A stretch of DNA of 64,000 nt from Macrostomum hystrix (taxonomy: Eukaryota; Animalia; Platyhelminthes). The notes under the pieces were generated by a model, which was not told the origin of the DNA, did no database searches, and worked only from the letters and a program-made list of their open reading frames with translations. The DNA lies in NCBI GenBank assembly GCA_950097015.1, contig CATNEN010000029.1, forward strand, positions 1,488,001 through 1,552,000, read 5' to 3'. Positions 40,920 through 53,384 of the stretch are shown piece after piece. The translations under genes were made by a program, and so were the position numbers. Within the stretch, counting starts at the first letter, position 1; every line of letters starts with the position of its first letter.

Positions 40920-43630
40920 GAAGAATCATATCACAAACATCTGCTAATAGAAGAATCATCACTCAAACACATGCTCATAGACGAATCATCACTCAAACAT
41001 CTGCTCATAGACGAATCATCACTCAAACATCTGCTCATAGACGAATCATCACTCAAACACATGCTCATAGACGAATCATCACTCAAACATCTGCTCATAG
41101 ACGAATCATCACTCAAACATCTGCTCATAGACGAATCATCACTCAAACATCTGCTCATAGACGAATCATCACTCAAACATCTGCTCATAGATAAGTCATC
41201 ACTCAAACATCTGCTCATAGACGAATCATCACTCAAACATCTGCTCATAGACGAATCATCACTCAAACATCTGCTCATATACGAATCATCACTCAAACAC
41301 ATGCTCATAGACGAATCATCACTCAAACATCTGCTCATAGACGAATCATCACTCAAACATCTGCTCATAGACGAATCATCACTCAAACATCTGCTCATAG
41401 ACGAATCATCACTCAAACATCTGCTCATAGATAAGTCATCACTCAAACATCTGCTCATAGACGAATCATCACTCAAACATCTGCTCATAGACGAGTCATC
41501 ACTCAAACATCTGCTCATAGACGAATCATCACTCAAACATCTGCTCATAGACGAATCATCACTCAAACATCTGCTCATAGATGAGTCATCACTCAAACAT
41601 CTGCTCATATACGAATCATCACTCAAACATCTGCTCATAGATAAGTCATCACTCAAACATCTGCTCATAGACGAGTCATCACTCAAACATCTGCTCATAG
41701 ACGAATCATCACTCAAACATCTGCTCATAGACGAATCATCACTCAAACATCTGCTCATAGATGAGTCATCACTCAAACATCTGCTCATAGACGAATCATC
41801 ACTCAAACATCTGCTCATATACGAATCATCACTCAAACATCTGCTCATAGATAAGTCATCACTCAAACATCTGCTCATAGACGAATCATCACTCAAACAT
41901 CTGCTCATAGATAAGTCATCACTCAAACATCTGCTCATAGACGAATCATCACTCAAACATCTGCTCATATACGAATCATCACTCAAACACATGCTCATAG
42001 ACGAATCATCACTCAAACATCTGCTCATAGACGAATCATCACTCAAACATCTGCTCATAGACGAATCATCACTCAAACATCTGCTCATAGACGAATCATC
42101 ACTCAAACATCTGCTCATAGACGAATCATCACTCAAACATCTGCTCATAGACGAATCATCACTCAAACACATGCTCATAGACGAATCATCACTCAAACAT
42201 CTGCTCATAGACGAATCATCACTCAAACATCTGCTCATAGACGAATCATCACTCAAACATCTGCTCATAGACGAATCATCACTCAAAGACCTGCTCATAG
42301 ACGAATCATCACTCAAACATCTGCTCATAGACGAATCATCACTCAAACATCTGCTCATAGACGAATCATCACTCAAACATCTGCTCATAGACGAATCATC
42401 ACTCAAACATCTGCTCATAGACGAATCATCACTCAAACATCTGCTCATAGACGAATCATCACTCAAACATCTGCTCATAGACGAATCATCACTCAAACAT
42501 CTGCTCATAGACGAATCATCACTCAAACATCTGCTCATAGACGAATCATCACTCAAACACCTGCTCATAGAAGAATCATCACTCAAACACCTGCTCATAG
42601 AAGAATCATCACTGAAACACATGCTCATAGACGAATCATCACTCAAACATCTGCTCATAGACGAATCATCACTCAAACATCTGCTCATATACGAATCATC
42701 ACTCAAACATCTGCTCATAGAAGAATCATCACTCAAACATCTGCTCATAGAAGAATCATCACTCAAACATCTGCTCATAGACGAATCATCACTCAAACAT
42801 CTGCTCATAGACGAATCATCACTCAAACATCTGCTCATAGACGAATCATCACTCAAACATCTGCTCATAGACGAATCATCACTCAAACACCTGCTCATAG
42901 AAGAATCATCACTGAAACACATGCTCATAGACGAATCATCACTCAAACATCTGCTCATATACGAATCATCACTCAAACATCTGCTCATAGAAGAATCATC
43001 ACTCAAACACCTGCTCATAGAAGAATCATCACTGAAACACATGCTCATAGACGAATCATCACTCAAACATCTGCTCATATACGAATCATCACTCAAACAT
43101 CTGCTCATAGACGAATCATCACTCAAAGACCTGCTCATAGACGAATCATCACTCAAACACCTGCTCATAGACGAATCATCACTCAAACACCTGCTCATAG
43201 AAGAATCATCAGTCCAACCCTTCTGCTCATAGAAGAATCATCAGTAAACCCTTCTGCTCATATGCTCATTGAAGAATCATCAGTGCAACCCTTCTGCTCA
43301 TAGTAGAATCATCAGTAAAACCCTTCTGCTCATAGTAGAATCATCAGTAAAACCCTTCTGCTCATAGTAGAATCATCAGTAAAACCCTTCTGCTCATAGA
43401 AGAATAATCAGTAAAACCCTTCTGCTCATTGAAGAATCATCAGTAAAACCCTTCTGCTCATAAAAGAATCATCAGTAAAACCCTTCTGCTCATACGAGCA
43501 TAGAAGAATCATCAGTAAAACCCTTCTGCTCATACGAGCATAGAAGAATCATCAGTAAAACCCTTCTGCTCATACGAGCATAGAAGAATCATCAGTAAAA
43601 CCCTTCTGCTCATAGAAGAATCATCAGTCC
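40920..43630. repeat. 30-bp minisatellite (GACGAATCATCACTCAAACATCTGCTCATA)n, about 76 copies to 43210, continuing as a related ~32-bp variant (GAAGAATCATCAGTAAAACCCTTCTGCTCATA) to 43630
   Basis: Tandem units visible; open frames on both strands (787 and 755 aa). Confidence 0.97.
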
Positions 43631-44119
43631 AACCCTAGACTACCGGCTAGAAAGGGATTGCCCGAGAAAAAAATTACCTGGATTCGTTTAAAACTGAGCT
43701 CATACTAGACATACTAGATGCTACCTTTAATAGATTTAGTTAAATTTAGTGACCTTAATCTCAATAATTACTCAATATTTGCCTGTGAGTGTAGGTCTTT
43801 GTTGCCAGGCGCACCTTGATAAGCTCCTGAAACAATAAAGGAGTGGACATAAGGGATTGAATTCCACCTGATAATAGCTTCGGATTTTCATTCTCTCCCG
43901 GCGACTAACCTGGCTGACAAGCAGGTAGAGTTTTGCTCACGCAATTGATACGGTCGATATTGACAGACTGGCTAAGTGATAAGACTTTATTTTCGCTAGA
44001 AGACAACTTTTATCTAACTTACTAGACACACGGTAAAATTTATCGTGTGACGAATAGATTTCAATTCTCAGCACAACTAGATCGATTTGCAATTAAAAAA
44101 TTTCCTGTACAGAAAAATG

Positions 44120-44890
44120 GGGAGATTCTGATGAAATCACGAGAAAGATTCTGATGGAAACTCAAGAAAGATTCTGATAAAAACTCGAGAGGAAGATTCT
44201 GATGGAATCACGAGTGGAAGATTCTGATTAAATCTTGAGAGGAAGATTCTGATGGAAGCTTGAGAGGAAGATTCTGACGAAATCTTGAGAAGAAGATTCT
44301 GATGGAATCACGAGTGGAAGATTCTGATTAAATCTTGAGAGGAAGATTCTGATGGAAGCTTGAGAGGAAGATTCTGATGGAATCTTGAGATGAAGATTCT
44401 GATGGAATCTTGAGAGGAAGATTCTGATGGAATCACGAGAAAGATTCTGATGGAAACTCGAGAAAGATTCTGATGGAAACTCGAGAAAGATTCTGATGGA
44501 ATCACGAGAAAGATTCTGATGGAAACTCGAGAAAGATTCTGATGGAAACTCGAGAAAGATTCTGATGGAATCACGAGAAAGATTTTGATGCAATCACGAG
44601 AAGGATTCTGATGGAATCTTGAGAAAGATTCTGATTGAATCACGAGAAAGATTCTGATGAAATCTTGAGAGGAAGATTCTGATGGAAGCTTGAGAGGAAG
44701 ATTCTGATGGAATCACGAGAAAGATTCGGATGGAATCACGAGAGGAAGATTCTGATTAAATCTTGAGAGGAAGATTCTGATGGAATCACGAGAAAGATTC
44801 TGATGCAATCACGAGAAGGATTATGATGGAATCACGTGAAAGATTCTGATGGAATCACGAGAAAGATTCTGATGCAATCACGAGAAATTC
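44120..44890. repeat. Degenerate 23-25-bp minisatellite (GAAAGATTCTGATGGAATCACGA)n, about 32 copies
   Basis: Recurrent AAGATTCTGATGGAA core with variable flanks. Confidence 0.92.
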
Positions 44891-47112
44891 GTGAGTCCGA
44901 CTTTCTAACCATTAGGCTTCAACCTCTGTATCAATGAGGCCATCATCAAGAGATAAAGAGATTTGAGCATGCAGACTTCAAAAGTGCAAAAAGCTTGCCA
45001 AACCCAGGCGGCCTACACCTGTCACAAACTGTCAAAAGAACCGGAAGTCGCCATATTATGAAAGGCGATCAAAATGAAGGCAGGGAATGTCGCTAAGCGT
45101 TGGCAAAATGTGGCGGAGCATAGTCTCAAACGTGGTGCACGATCTACCCTACCTTTTACCTGCCGACTCATTCAGCAGCGCGAGTAACCCTTTATCGCGC
45201 ATTCCCCCGTACCAGCATTCAGTGCTGACGGATTTGGCGTGTGACGGAAACTACCGGCTTCCCATCTCATTCTCTATCCCACCTCTCTCTTCTGAAAGCT
45301 TCGGATTTTTATCCCTCACTTGGCATTGGCACCTGATCCTCACCTATGACCCCCTGGTCATACCGCAGAAAAAATTTGGGATATTATTATAATCCCTGAG
45401 TGAGTTGTGGAGAGAAGGGGCCATACGGCTTTTCCGTAGTTTGCAGTTTTTTGTCGGGTAGGGGAGGTGGGGTGGGTGGGTTGCTGTCACCATCTCGGAG
45501 ATGAGGAACTGGAGAGAGAAGGCACGGAGGCCCTCGGTCGCATAGTGCAGAAGCAGCCATTTTTTTCTGGTGTCTGACGGCTGCAGGATGGAGGTGAAAA
45601 AATCTGGGACTGCCGCCAGTGCGCGGCTCTGAGGCACGGCGCGTTGGCTTGATCGTTTGACGCCACGAAGGCGCCACATTGTCAGTCGCCTGTCTGTGGG
45701 AGATTGAATGATTTATGACTGAGCAGCGAGCCTGAGCTGAAGGCCAGCCGTAGGACAGAGAATGGGGGAGGGCAGGCTGAGCAAAAAAAAGTGGCTGTCA
45801 GTCAGATGTGTTTGCCAAGCCTCCTCAAGCCGCTCTGATTGCAGTCTGATTGCACTTTCCATGCCAATATATAGCGGCTTGGTGTGAACAGTTTAATAAT
45901 CGAGCTGTAGCGACTGGCTTAAAAAATGCAATTTTGCTTTTCGGGTCCGGAAGCAGACACGGGCTGAGCGTGATTTGATAATGAAGGCAGAGAGTCAGCT
46001 GAACGGGACTGGTTGAGCAGCTTTGTGTGTTCTCACTGCTAGTGATTCACAGTTCAAAATGTCACGGCTTTTACTGAGAATGAGAATGAGTGCTAGAAAG
46101 AAAAATAGGAGCGAGGATAGATAATAGAAGAGGAAGAAGAGAGAAGAGACAGGGAAGGGAGGGCAGAAGGAAATGAAGGGATGGAGAAATTAAATATTGT
46201 ATATCATAGACAATGCTAAGAAGATAATTTAAACGATAGAAGTTATGGAGAGAAAAAGAAAACAGGTTGGAAAGCAGATAAAAAGAGAATGAACATGAAT
46301 CGCATACTTCATTTTAGCGTTCAGTGAGAAGAGAGAGGAAAGGGGATGTAAGAGGAGAAAGTAGAGAAATCGCTTGCCTTGAAGAACTGCCAACTCAAAT
46401 TGCATATTGTCCCCCGAGCAAATTGAGCTCAGTCTTCACAATGTGACATGTCTGGCTGCTGCAGCTGGCAGTGGAACCTGAAGCGGTCATAAATCATGGC
46501 TAATCTAGACCATGTTTTTCCTAGCACCAGCTGTCTGAAAGTGACAAGTAGGCCTATCCGAGCTCTCAAACACAGCAGAACAGCTGACAGGAGGCACTGA
46601 CACCGGAAGCTTGCCTGTCCAATGCCAAGGACAATTTATTTTTCTCATAACAAGGGTGTCTCCCACTTACACACAAGTCACAGTCCCGATTTGACAGACA
46701 ATTACTATACCGAGCTGTGGATAACCTCTTGGCGTTCTCCTATTGGCTGTGAGACTAGACCAGCTGCCATTCGTCAATTGGGCCTCTCACACAGCGCACG
46801 CTTCCCCCACCTTGGTACCCATCAAAGACGAGCCATTTAGAAAGTTGAAGAATATAGTGTGGGGGATAGAGGGGTGGGCAGTGAGAGAAACGGCAAACAA
46901 GACCCTCCACCCCGCTCCCACATAAAACTGCCCCCTCTCCGTGTTGGAGCCACCCGAAACCCGCTTATAGAGGGAGCTGTCAATTCTCGCTGACAGGTCT
47001 TTTGACGCTTCATTTTGATTGATTGCCTTCTCTGCCCGGGACTAATTCAGACTGCAGGTAAGCACCAAGGCGACAAGCAGGCTGATAATCTCTATTACCA
47101 AGGTGAGACAAG

Positions 47113-49194
47113 ATGTCGCAGAGACTGCTGTCACTCCTCCTGCTGCTGACAATTCTGCTGCCTTGGCGCGGCGCCGCGGTCGGCATCGATTTTACACTGC
47201 ACCGCTGCGAGCCCATCGCTATCGAGGTCTGCCAGAACATCGGCTATAACGCCACCACCAAGACGCAGAATCTGGCAGGCCAGGCCGACCAGAGAGACGC
47301 CGAGCTGTTGTTGAACTCATTCGCGCCGCTCATCCAGTACAAGTGCTCAGCGAACCTGCGCTTCTTCCTTTGCTCAATCCTCACTCCGATGTGCGACCCG
47401 AAATGGCCGAAGCCGATCGGGCCCTGCCGGCCGCTGTGCCAGCAGGTGCACCGGCGCTGCTACCCGGTGCTGCGCGAGTTTGGCTTCGAGTGGCCCGCCT
47501 TCCTCAACTGCAGCCGCTTCCCGTTGAGCAACGCTCGCGGCGATGACATGTGCATGGCTGGCAGCCCTGAGGTCGACTCCGATGCCGACGGGCCTCCTGA
47601 TGAGAACGCCAGCCGGCCAGGCATCGGCGGAAGCAGCCGTGGCGGCAGCGGAGCAGGAGGCGGCAGTCAGGTTGGCGATTCGGCCGAATGGCAGCGCAAG
47701 CTGGAGAACTGGTTGCACACGGTCCGCACCCAGTCGTTCGGGCCCGACTGCGCCCACATGCGCAACCGGGAGCAGTATGTCTACATTAACCAGACGGCCG
47801 ACTGTCTGCTGCGCTGCGGCGCGCACGACCTCTTCACGCAGGACGACAAGCGCCTGGCAGACGCATGGGCCGCCGTCCTGGCCACTCTGTGCGCCTTGAG
47901 CTCACTGCTCACAATCGCCACCTTCCTCATCGATCGGTCGCGCTTTAAATACCCGGTGCGGCCCGTGCTGTTCATGGCCCTGTGCTACCTGTGCTACTCG
48001 CTGTCCTATTTCGTGCGCTTGGCAGCCGGACGGGAGGCCGCCTCGTGCGACCGCGACCAGCTGACCGGCAGCTCCGTTCTGATCCGGCACGGCCTGGACA
48101 ATACCAACTGCGCCGTGGTGTTCCTGCTGCAGTACTTCTTCAGCACCGCCGCCTCCACCTGGTACGTGATGCTAGTGTTCACCTGGCTGCTCCAGGCCGG
48201 CTGGAAGTGGAGCCCAGAAGCTGTGGCCCGCAAGTCCTGCTATTTCCACCTGCCAGCCTGGGTGGTGCCCGTCTGTCTGACAGTCTGCGTCCTTATCGTG
48301 CGCAAAGTTGAAGCCGACGAACTATTCGGCATGTGCAACGTCGGCAATCAGAACTCCTACACTCTACTAAGCTTCGTCATCGTGCCGAATGTCGTCTTCT
48401 TGGCTCTGGAGATCGTGTTCCTATTGGCCGGCTTCGTTGCCATGGCGCGCGTCCGGCGTCACGTGAAGTCTGACGGCCAGAAGACAAACAAGTTCGACGT
48501 CCTGATGGGCAAAATCGGCCTATTCTCCGCCCTGTACGTTGTGCCCAACGCTTGCATCACGGCGTTTAACGTTTACGACTACACCAGCCGAGACCTGTGG
48601 CACATTCCTGGCAGCCCCTACCAACCCAGCCTGGCCATCTTCCTCATCAAGGTGTTCGCCTCCCTGGTCATCGGCGTCACCACCATCCTGTGGATCTGGA
48701 GCGCCAAGACTCTGCAGGCCTGGCGCCGCTTTCTGGCTCCCTGGTCGGCGGCGGCGGCGGCCCAGAGGCGAGCCGAGCGAGGCTCCGGCAGTGTCAGCGG
48801 CCAGTATCCGAAGCTGCAGTACCAGGCGGCGGGACAGGTGGACTCCATCCAGCACAGACCAATGCAGCACCAGCACCAATTGTCTGCCCTTCACCATCAA
48901 CATCAGCAGCAGCAGCAACTACCGATGCACCAGCAGCCGCAGCAGACTTCGCTGATGATGCAGCACGTCCAGCAGATGCCGATGCAGCATCACAACACCG
49001 GTGGCAACAGGCAGCAACAGCAGCAGCCTCAGCCGCCATCTTCGTTAGCTAGCAGCTCTTCGCCAGGATGGGTGGGTGGCGTCGTTAGCAACGCTAAGCA
49101 GCCCATGGTGACGGCGCACTTTGCCGGCGAAAACAAAGTGAAAACTTTTCCCAAGCAGCAGCAGAGAGACCTGCCAGAGTCCACCTTCCTCTAG
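47113..49194 (+). CDS. FZD4: Frizzled receptor, Frizzled-4-like, single coding exon, 693 aa
   Basis: Signal peptide. Ten-Cys CRD (CEPI..CQNIGYN...PLIQYKCS..LRFFLCS...PIGPCR.LC..V.RRC.PVLREFGFEWP..LNCSRFP), close to FZD4 (PLIQYGC, IPIGPC, EPVLKEFGF). Seven TM helices, KTxxxW (KTLQAW), Gln-rich tail and class I PDZ end ESTFL*. Family call firm, FZD4 orthology likely. Confidence 0.93.
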   Translation: MSQRLLSLLLLLTILLPWRGAAVGIDFTLHRCEPIAIEVCQNIGYNATTKTQNLAGQADQRDAELLLNSFAPLIQYKCSANLRFFLCSILTPMCDPKWPKPIGPCRPLCQQVHRRCYPVLREFGFEWPAFLNCSRFPLSNARGDDMCMAGSPEVDSDADGPPDENASRPGIGGSSRGGSGAGGGSQVGDSAEWQRKLENWLHTVRTQSFGPDCAHMRNREQYVYINQTADCLLRCGAHDLFTQDDKRLADAWAAVLATLCALSSLLTIATFLIDRSRFKYPVRPVLFMALCYLCYSLSYFVRLAAGREAASCDRDQLTGSSVLIRHGLDNTNCAVVFLLQYFFSTAASTWYVMLVFTWLLQAGWKWSPEAVARKSCYFHLPAWVVPVCLTVCVLIVRKVEADELFGMCNVGNQNSYTLLSFVIVPNVVFLALEIVFLLAGFVAMARVRRHVKSDGQKTNKFDVLMGKIGLFSALYVVPNACITAFNVYDYTSRDLWHIPGSPYQPSLAIFLIKVFASLVIGVTTILWIWSAKTLQAWRRFLAPWSAAAAAQRRAERGSGSVSGQYPKLQYQAAGQVDSIQHRPMQHQHQLSALHHQHQQQQQLPMHQQPQQTSLMMQHVQQMPMQHHNTGGNRQQQQQPQPPSSLASSSSPGWVGGVVSNAKQPMVTAHFAGENKVKTFPKQQQRDLPESTFL

Positions 49195-49837
49195 GAGACC
49201 GGTGAGTTGCGATTGAAAGACACTTCACTCAATTATCAATAACGTCTGATCTCTTTGAGCAAACGCAAATTGAAAAGAAAATCTAGCCCGAGATTATAAT
49301 ATCGAGTTCCAACGCATCGCTTCCCCGATAATAGATAGGTACAAATTAAGGTGTGATTCTCAGGTGCTAGCGCAGGTTGTTGGCAACACTCCTCGGGTTT
49401 CCCTTGTATGCAGGTCTGTAGTACTCTGGCTGGCTGTGTGTACACATGCGCTCTAGCTTATGTAACACAAGACCGTGTCCCAATGGAGTCCTGCAGAACA
49501 AGCGTGGAAGACAAACACTCACAAACGCAAACAGACCAGTTCTCACCCTAGAGTTCACACCAGCATAGTGTTTTCCTGAGCCTTTTTTGCACTAGCGAAA
49601 TTTTAAGCGCCGGTTTTAGACAGAATTTATTTTTTTTGTCCGCACAATTTCTTGCCGATAAAAATAAATAGCGCGGTTAGATAAGAGAGGAATGAAACGA
49701 AAGCAGTAAACATGTCACTCATCTGTAGTGCTGTCAAGATCTCAGACTGACTCTTTTGTGACGCTAGTAAAAATATTCCTTAAGACAGATAGAAATGACC
49801 TATAAACCAATATCTAAATAACTAAATAACTTGCTCA

Positions 49838-50198
49838 TAATAATAATAATAATTGCAGGAGGGCTGCGGGCAATGGCACATCATTTGGTGACACTAGACC
49901 CGCAGCCAGCGAGGAGGCAATTCTGCCCATTTCGCTGACTCCTGAGCACACACGCACACAGATACTGTACGCAGGCATACGCTCACACAGGTGTGTACAT
50001 CTGCCCTGACTTTCTCATCGTCAGGCAGTGTACACTTCACTGTGCCTTGGAGGTTGGCCCTCGAGGGCGTAAATTGCGCGACAAGCCCCCAAGCCTTCTC
50101 TCCGCGGCTGCGCCCCAAATAAATGTGGCCTCGCCGTGGAATCGAACTTAGGGACCTTGGTGCGAGAGGCAAACGCGATAACCGCTCTGCCACCGACC
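49838..50198 (-). mobile_element. tRNA-derived SINE family B, near full length, with (ATT)n tail
   Basis: Head GGTGGCAGAGCGG (A box)...AAGTTCGATTCC (B box). Body shared with the copies at 56.0-56.4 and 62.3-62.7 kb. Tail CAATTATTATTATTATTA. Confidence 0.85.
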
Positions 50199-52284
50199 CC
50201 CAACTTGCTCATATCTTGCTCAATCTTGGGCTAAGATTCGAACTCCCGACCTCTAACCGCTTGGCTACAGACTTGAGATTTCACGCCAAAATTAAGAGAC
50301 CGTATAAGAACTACCACAGGCTTGCGTGTCTCGCCTACTGAGTGACAGAAATACTAAACCAGCTACTCAAACACTAGTAAACAATATGTCGGTCCTGTCT
50401 GTCTGAGTAGTTAAAACTCAAAGCGGCGGCTAAAAGCCCCTGTCGAAAAAAAGCAGAAGACTGCCCTTCTGACGATTGAATAGAGCATATTTTTCAGAGC
50501 TTCTGACTGGCAGAAAGCTGAGAGCCTTCAAAGCTTTAAGCCGTCTCAGCGGTGTTTGTTGCACAGGGTAGCGGCAGCAGCGGCAATCGCTTCTGCTATC
50601 CTCCCTTAGCCTCCCTCTCTCTCTTCTAGTCTCTATTCACTGTCATTCAACAATAACAACAGCAGCAGCAGCAGCCAACCAGCCAGCCCTGAGTTTATAA
50701 AGCTGAAGCCGCACGCACAATGTGTTTGAAGCCAGCCCCCGTGGGCTGCTCTGCTCACTTTTTTGACGAATTTGACAGCAGCCGCCGGCCAAGGCCGCCC
50801 ACCCCACCCTGCCCCACACACAGTTACCAGCCAAGCGGGACGGACAGGCCCTGTCAGTGACAATAGTTGAATATTAGTATTTTCTCATATGTGTAGTGTG
50901 TGTTTGCGCGGAAAGGATTGGAGGAACAGACTCCATTGCCTGGCTAAAAGGCTAGGGCAGAACAAATAGAAATCCTATTGGACTCAAAATCTCTATATAG
51001 TTCTCTCCAGGAGTTGGGGTCAGAGCGCGGATCCCATGATCGGGTCTGGATCCAACAATCACCAGCCCCTCTTACCCGCCGCGTTCCATTAAACACGCCA
51101 ACAAGTCTTCCTGAATATGTTTTAATGATTGATTTATTAAGCTTCAATCGATAAAGCACAATGACTGCGCTTGATGCTCTCACAAACGAGAGAATTCTCA
51201 TTAATGTCGAGGCATTCTCACGAACAATATTTTCTACTCACCCTGTTTCTCATCTTCCCCCTCTATTTCCCTTATTCTCATTCCACTTCTATTGTTTCAG
51301 CCTACTTCTTATTTTCTGCTAACTCTACTCATTAACTTCTCAATTTACTTATCTCCTTATCTTTCATTCTTACATCCAGAACAATATGCAGAACAATATA
51401 GGAAATACCACCGTACAATCTTTCAGGCCGAGCAGAAGGGCTGTACAATTTGTCAGTCGCACGAAATCGATCGCCTCGGCAACCCCCCCCGAATCGAAGC
51501 TGAACAATGAAATTGTTTTTTATCTTTAAGAAGCAATTTTGTATTTTGTCAGTAGATCGTACCAGTTTAATTTCTTTTTTAGCGAACAAATGTTGCAGTT
51601 CATTCATGACGAAAAATAATGACAAACTATTTTTTGGTGGAAAGCGGCTGCCAAACTTCGATTGGCCAAGAGTTGAAAACTTGTTGCTATTTTTAGAACA
51701 GCTTGCGAGGAAACCCCAAACACGTGACTAATCTTAGCCAATGAAATTTGGAAAGCCGATTTTGCACCAAAGCTTTTTGCTCTTCGACATATTTTTGCCT
51801 AAGACTATAATACATGTAAATGAGACACTTAACTTTTGTAAATACTTGCAGATGCACCAGAAATGCATGCTTGAAAAATAAACATATATCATAGCAATTA
51901 CACGTAAAAGTAGCTGCTCTTCAGTAAAGCGTTTTTAACACAGCTAAAATCTTACTAGACCTATTTCTAGACCAGTTATGCCATAAGCTATACTTTTGTT
52001 AAATTTTCTACATGTTTTTACAACTTTTTATGTTTAAATTAACATGTCAAAGAGTTACCGAAAAAATCTTCAAAAATTCAAGTCGAGCTTGTCTGTAAAA
52101 AGATCAGCACATTAGCTTCATTCAAACATCATTGTTAACTTGTCAACTCTGTAAGTTTTTACTTTATTCTATTTTTTTATCAAGTGAACTAAATACTATA
52201 AATGAAATTGTAACTATTTTCTGCCTTGTATCAACATATTTTTTACCTACCTGACGCATACATTTTTTCGTGCTGTTAGTTTTC

Positions 52285-52950
52285 CATCCTTCTCCTGTCC
52301 TTCTCTTCCTCTCCTTCTCTCCCTCTCCTTCTCTCCTTCTCCTCCTCTCCTTCTCTTCCTCTCCTTCTCTCCTTCTCTTCCTCTCCTTCTCTCTCCTTCT
52401 CTTCCTCTCCTTCTCTCCCTCTCCTTCTCTCTCCTTCTCTTCCTCTCCTTCTCTCCCTCTCCTTCTCTCTCCTTCTCTCCCTCTCCTTCTCTCTCCTTCT
52501 CTCCCTCTCCTTCTCCTCCTCTCCTTCTCTTCCTCTCCTCCTCTCCTTCTCCTCCTCTCCTTCTCCTCCTCTCCTTCTCTCCCTCTCCTTCTCTCTCCTT
52601 CTCTTCCTCTCCTTCTCTCTCCTTCTCTTCCTCTCCTTCTCTCTCCTTCTCTTCCTCTCCTTCTCTCCCTCTCCTTCTCTCTCCTTCTCTTCCTCTCCTT
52701 CTCTCCCTCTCCTTCTCTCTCCTTCTCTTCCTCTCCTTCTCTCCCTCTCCTTCTCTCTCCTTCTCTTCCTCTCCTTCTCTCCTTCTCTTCCTCTCCTTCT
52801 CTCCCTCTCCTTCTCTCTCCTTCTCTTCCTCTCCTTCTCTCCCTCTCCTTCTCTCTCCTTCTCTTCCTCTCCTTGTCTCTCCTTCTCTTCCTCTCCTCCT
52901 CTCCTTCTCCTCCTCTCCTTCTCCTCCTCTCCTTCTCTTCCTCTCCTTCT
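52285..52950. repeat. Polypyrimidine low-complexity tandem array (TCTCCTTCTCTCC / TCTCCTTCTCTTCC variants)
   Basis: Essentially only C/T for about 650 bp; source of the R/E-rich and S/L/P-rich ORFs. Confidence 0.95.
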
Positions 52951-53384
52951 TTTGACTTTCTGATGCGCACAGTTGAACTCAAAGTTTTGCACCTTTGCTG
53001 AGCTTATTAGTTATTAATAACTTTTAATTACTTGTAAATCGTTTACAAATAGCGAACTCGATAGAAGTAAATGTTTTTAGTTTTGCAATCGCTTCTTTTG
53101 TTTAGCCTGTCCTTCAATGGTACATTTTTAAAGTTCGATTTGTGTATTGAATAAAAGTAGGACTACACAAACTTCTTTGCATATGATCTCTTCTTGCTAT
53201 GCAAATGAGCTTTTACTGACTTCAGTGGCTTTTGCAAAGCAAAAATGCGAGTATATATCTTATATCTACAATGATTTCGTTATTTGTATTCTCTGTATAT
53301 AGTAATACTGAAAATCATGTTGCCTAGAATTAGAATAGTAGAATTATTAAAAATGTGCCAATAATTATACTATTGGCACATTTG

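Noticed and set aside
40920-43630. CRISPR-like array (30-33-bp repeats; also 34.2-35.1 and 63.5-64 kb)
   Set aside because: Units are head-to-tail with no unique spacers, there are no cas genes, and the context is eukaryotic.
47050-47112. Donor-like GTAAGC and GTGAGA just upstream of the Frizzled ATG
   Set aside because: Using them would remove the ATG and a good signal peptide; no acceptor was found before the CRD.
50000-50045. Hammerhead ribozyme or SECIS in SINE B (CTGACGA...GAAA; GTGAA...AAA)
   Set aside because: Only 3 nt lie between CTGACGA and GAAA (no stem II) and there is no stem III/NUH. The SECIS 3' GA of the quartet is absent. Kept only as a generic hairpin.
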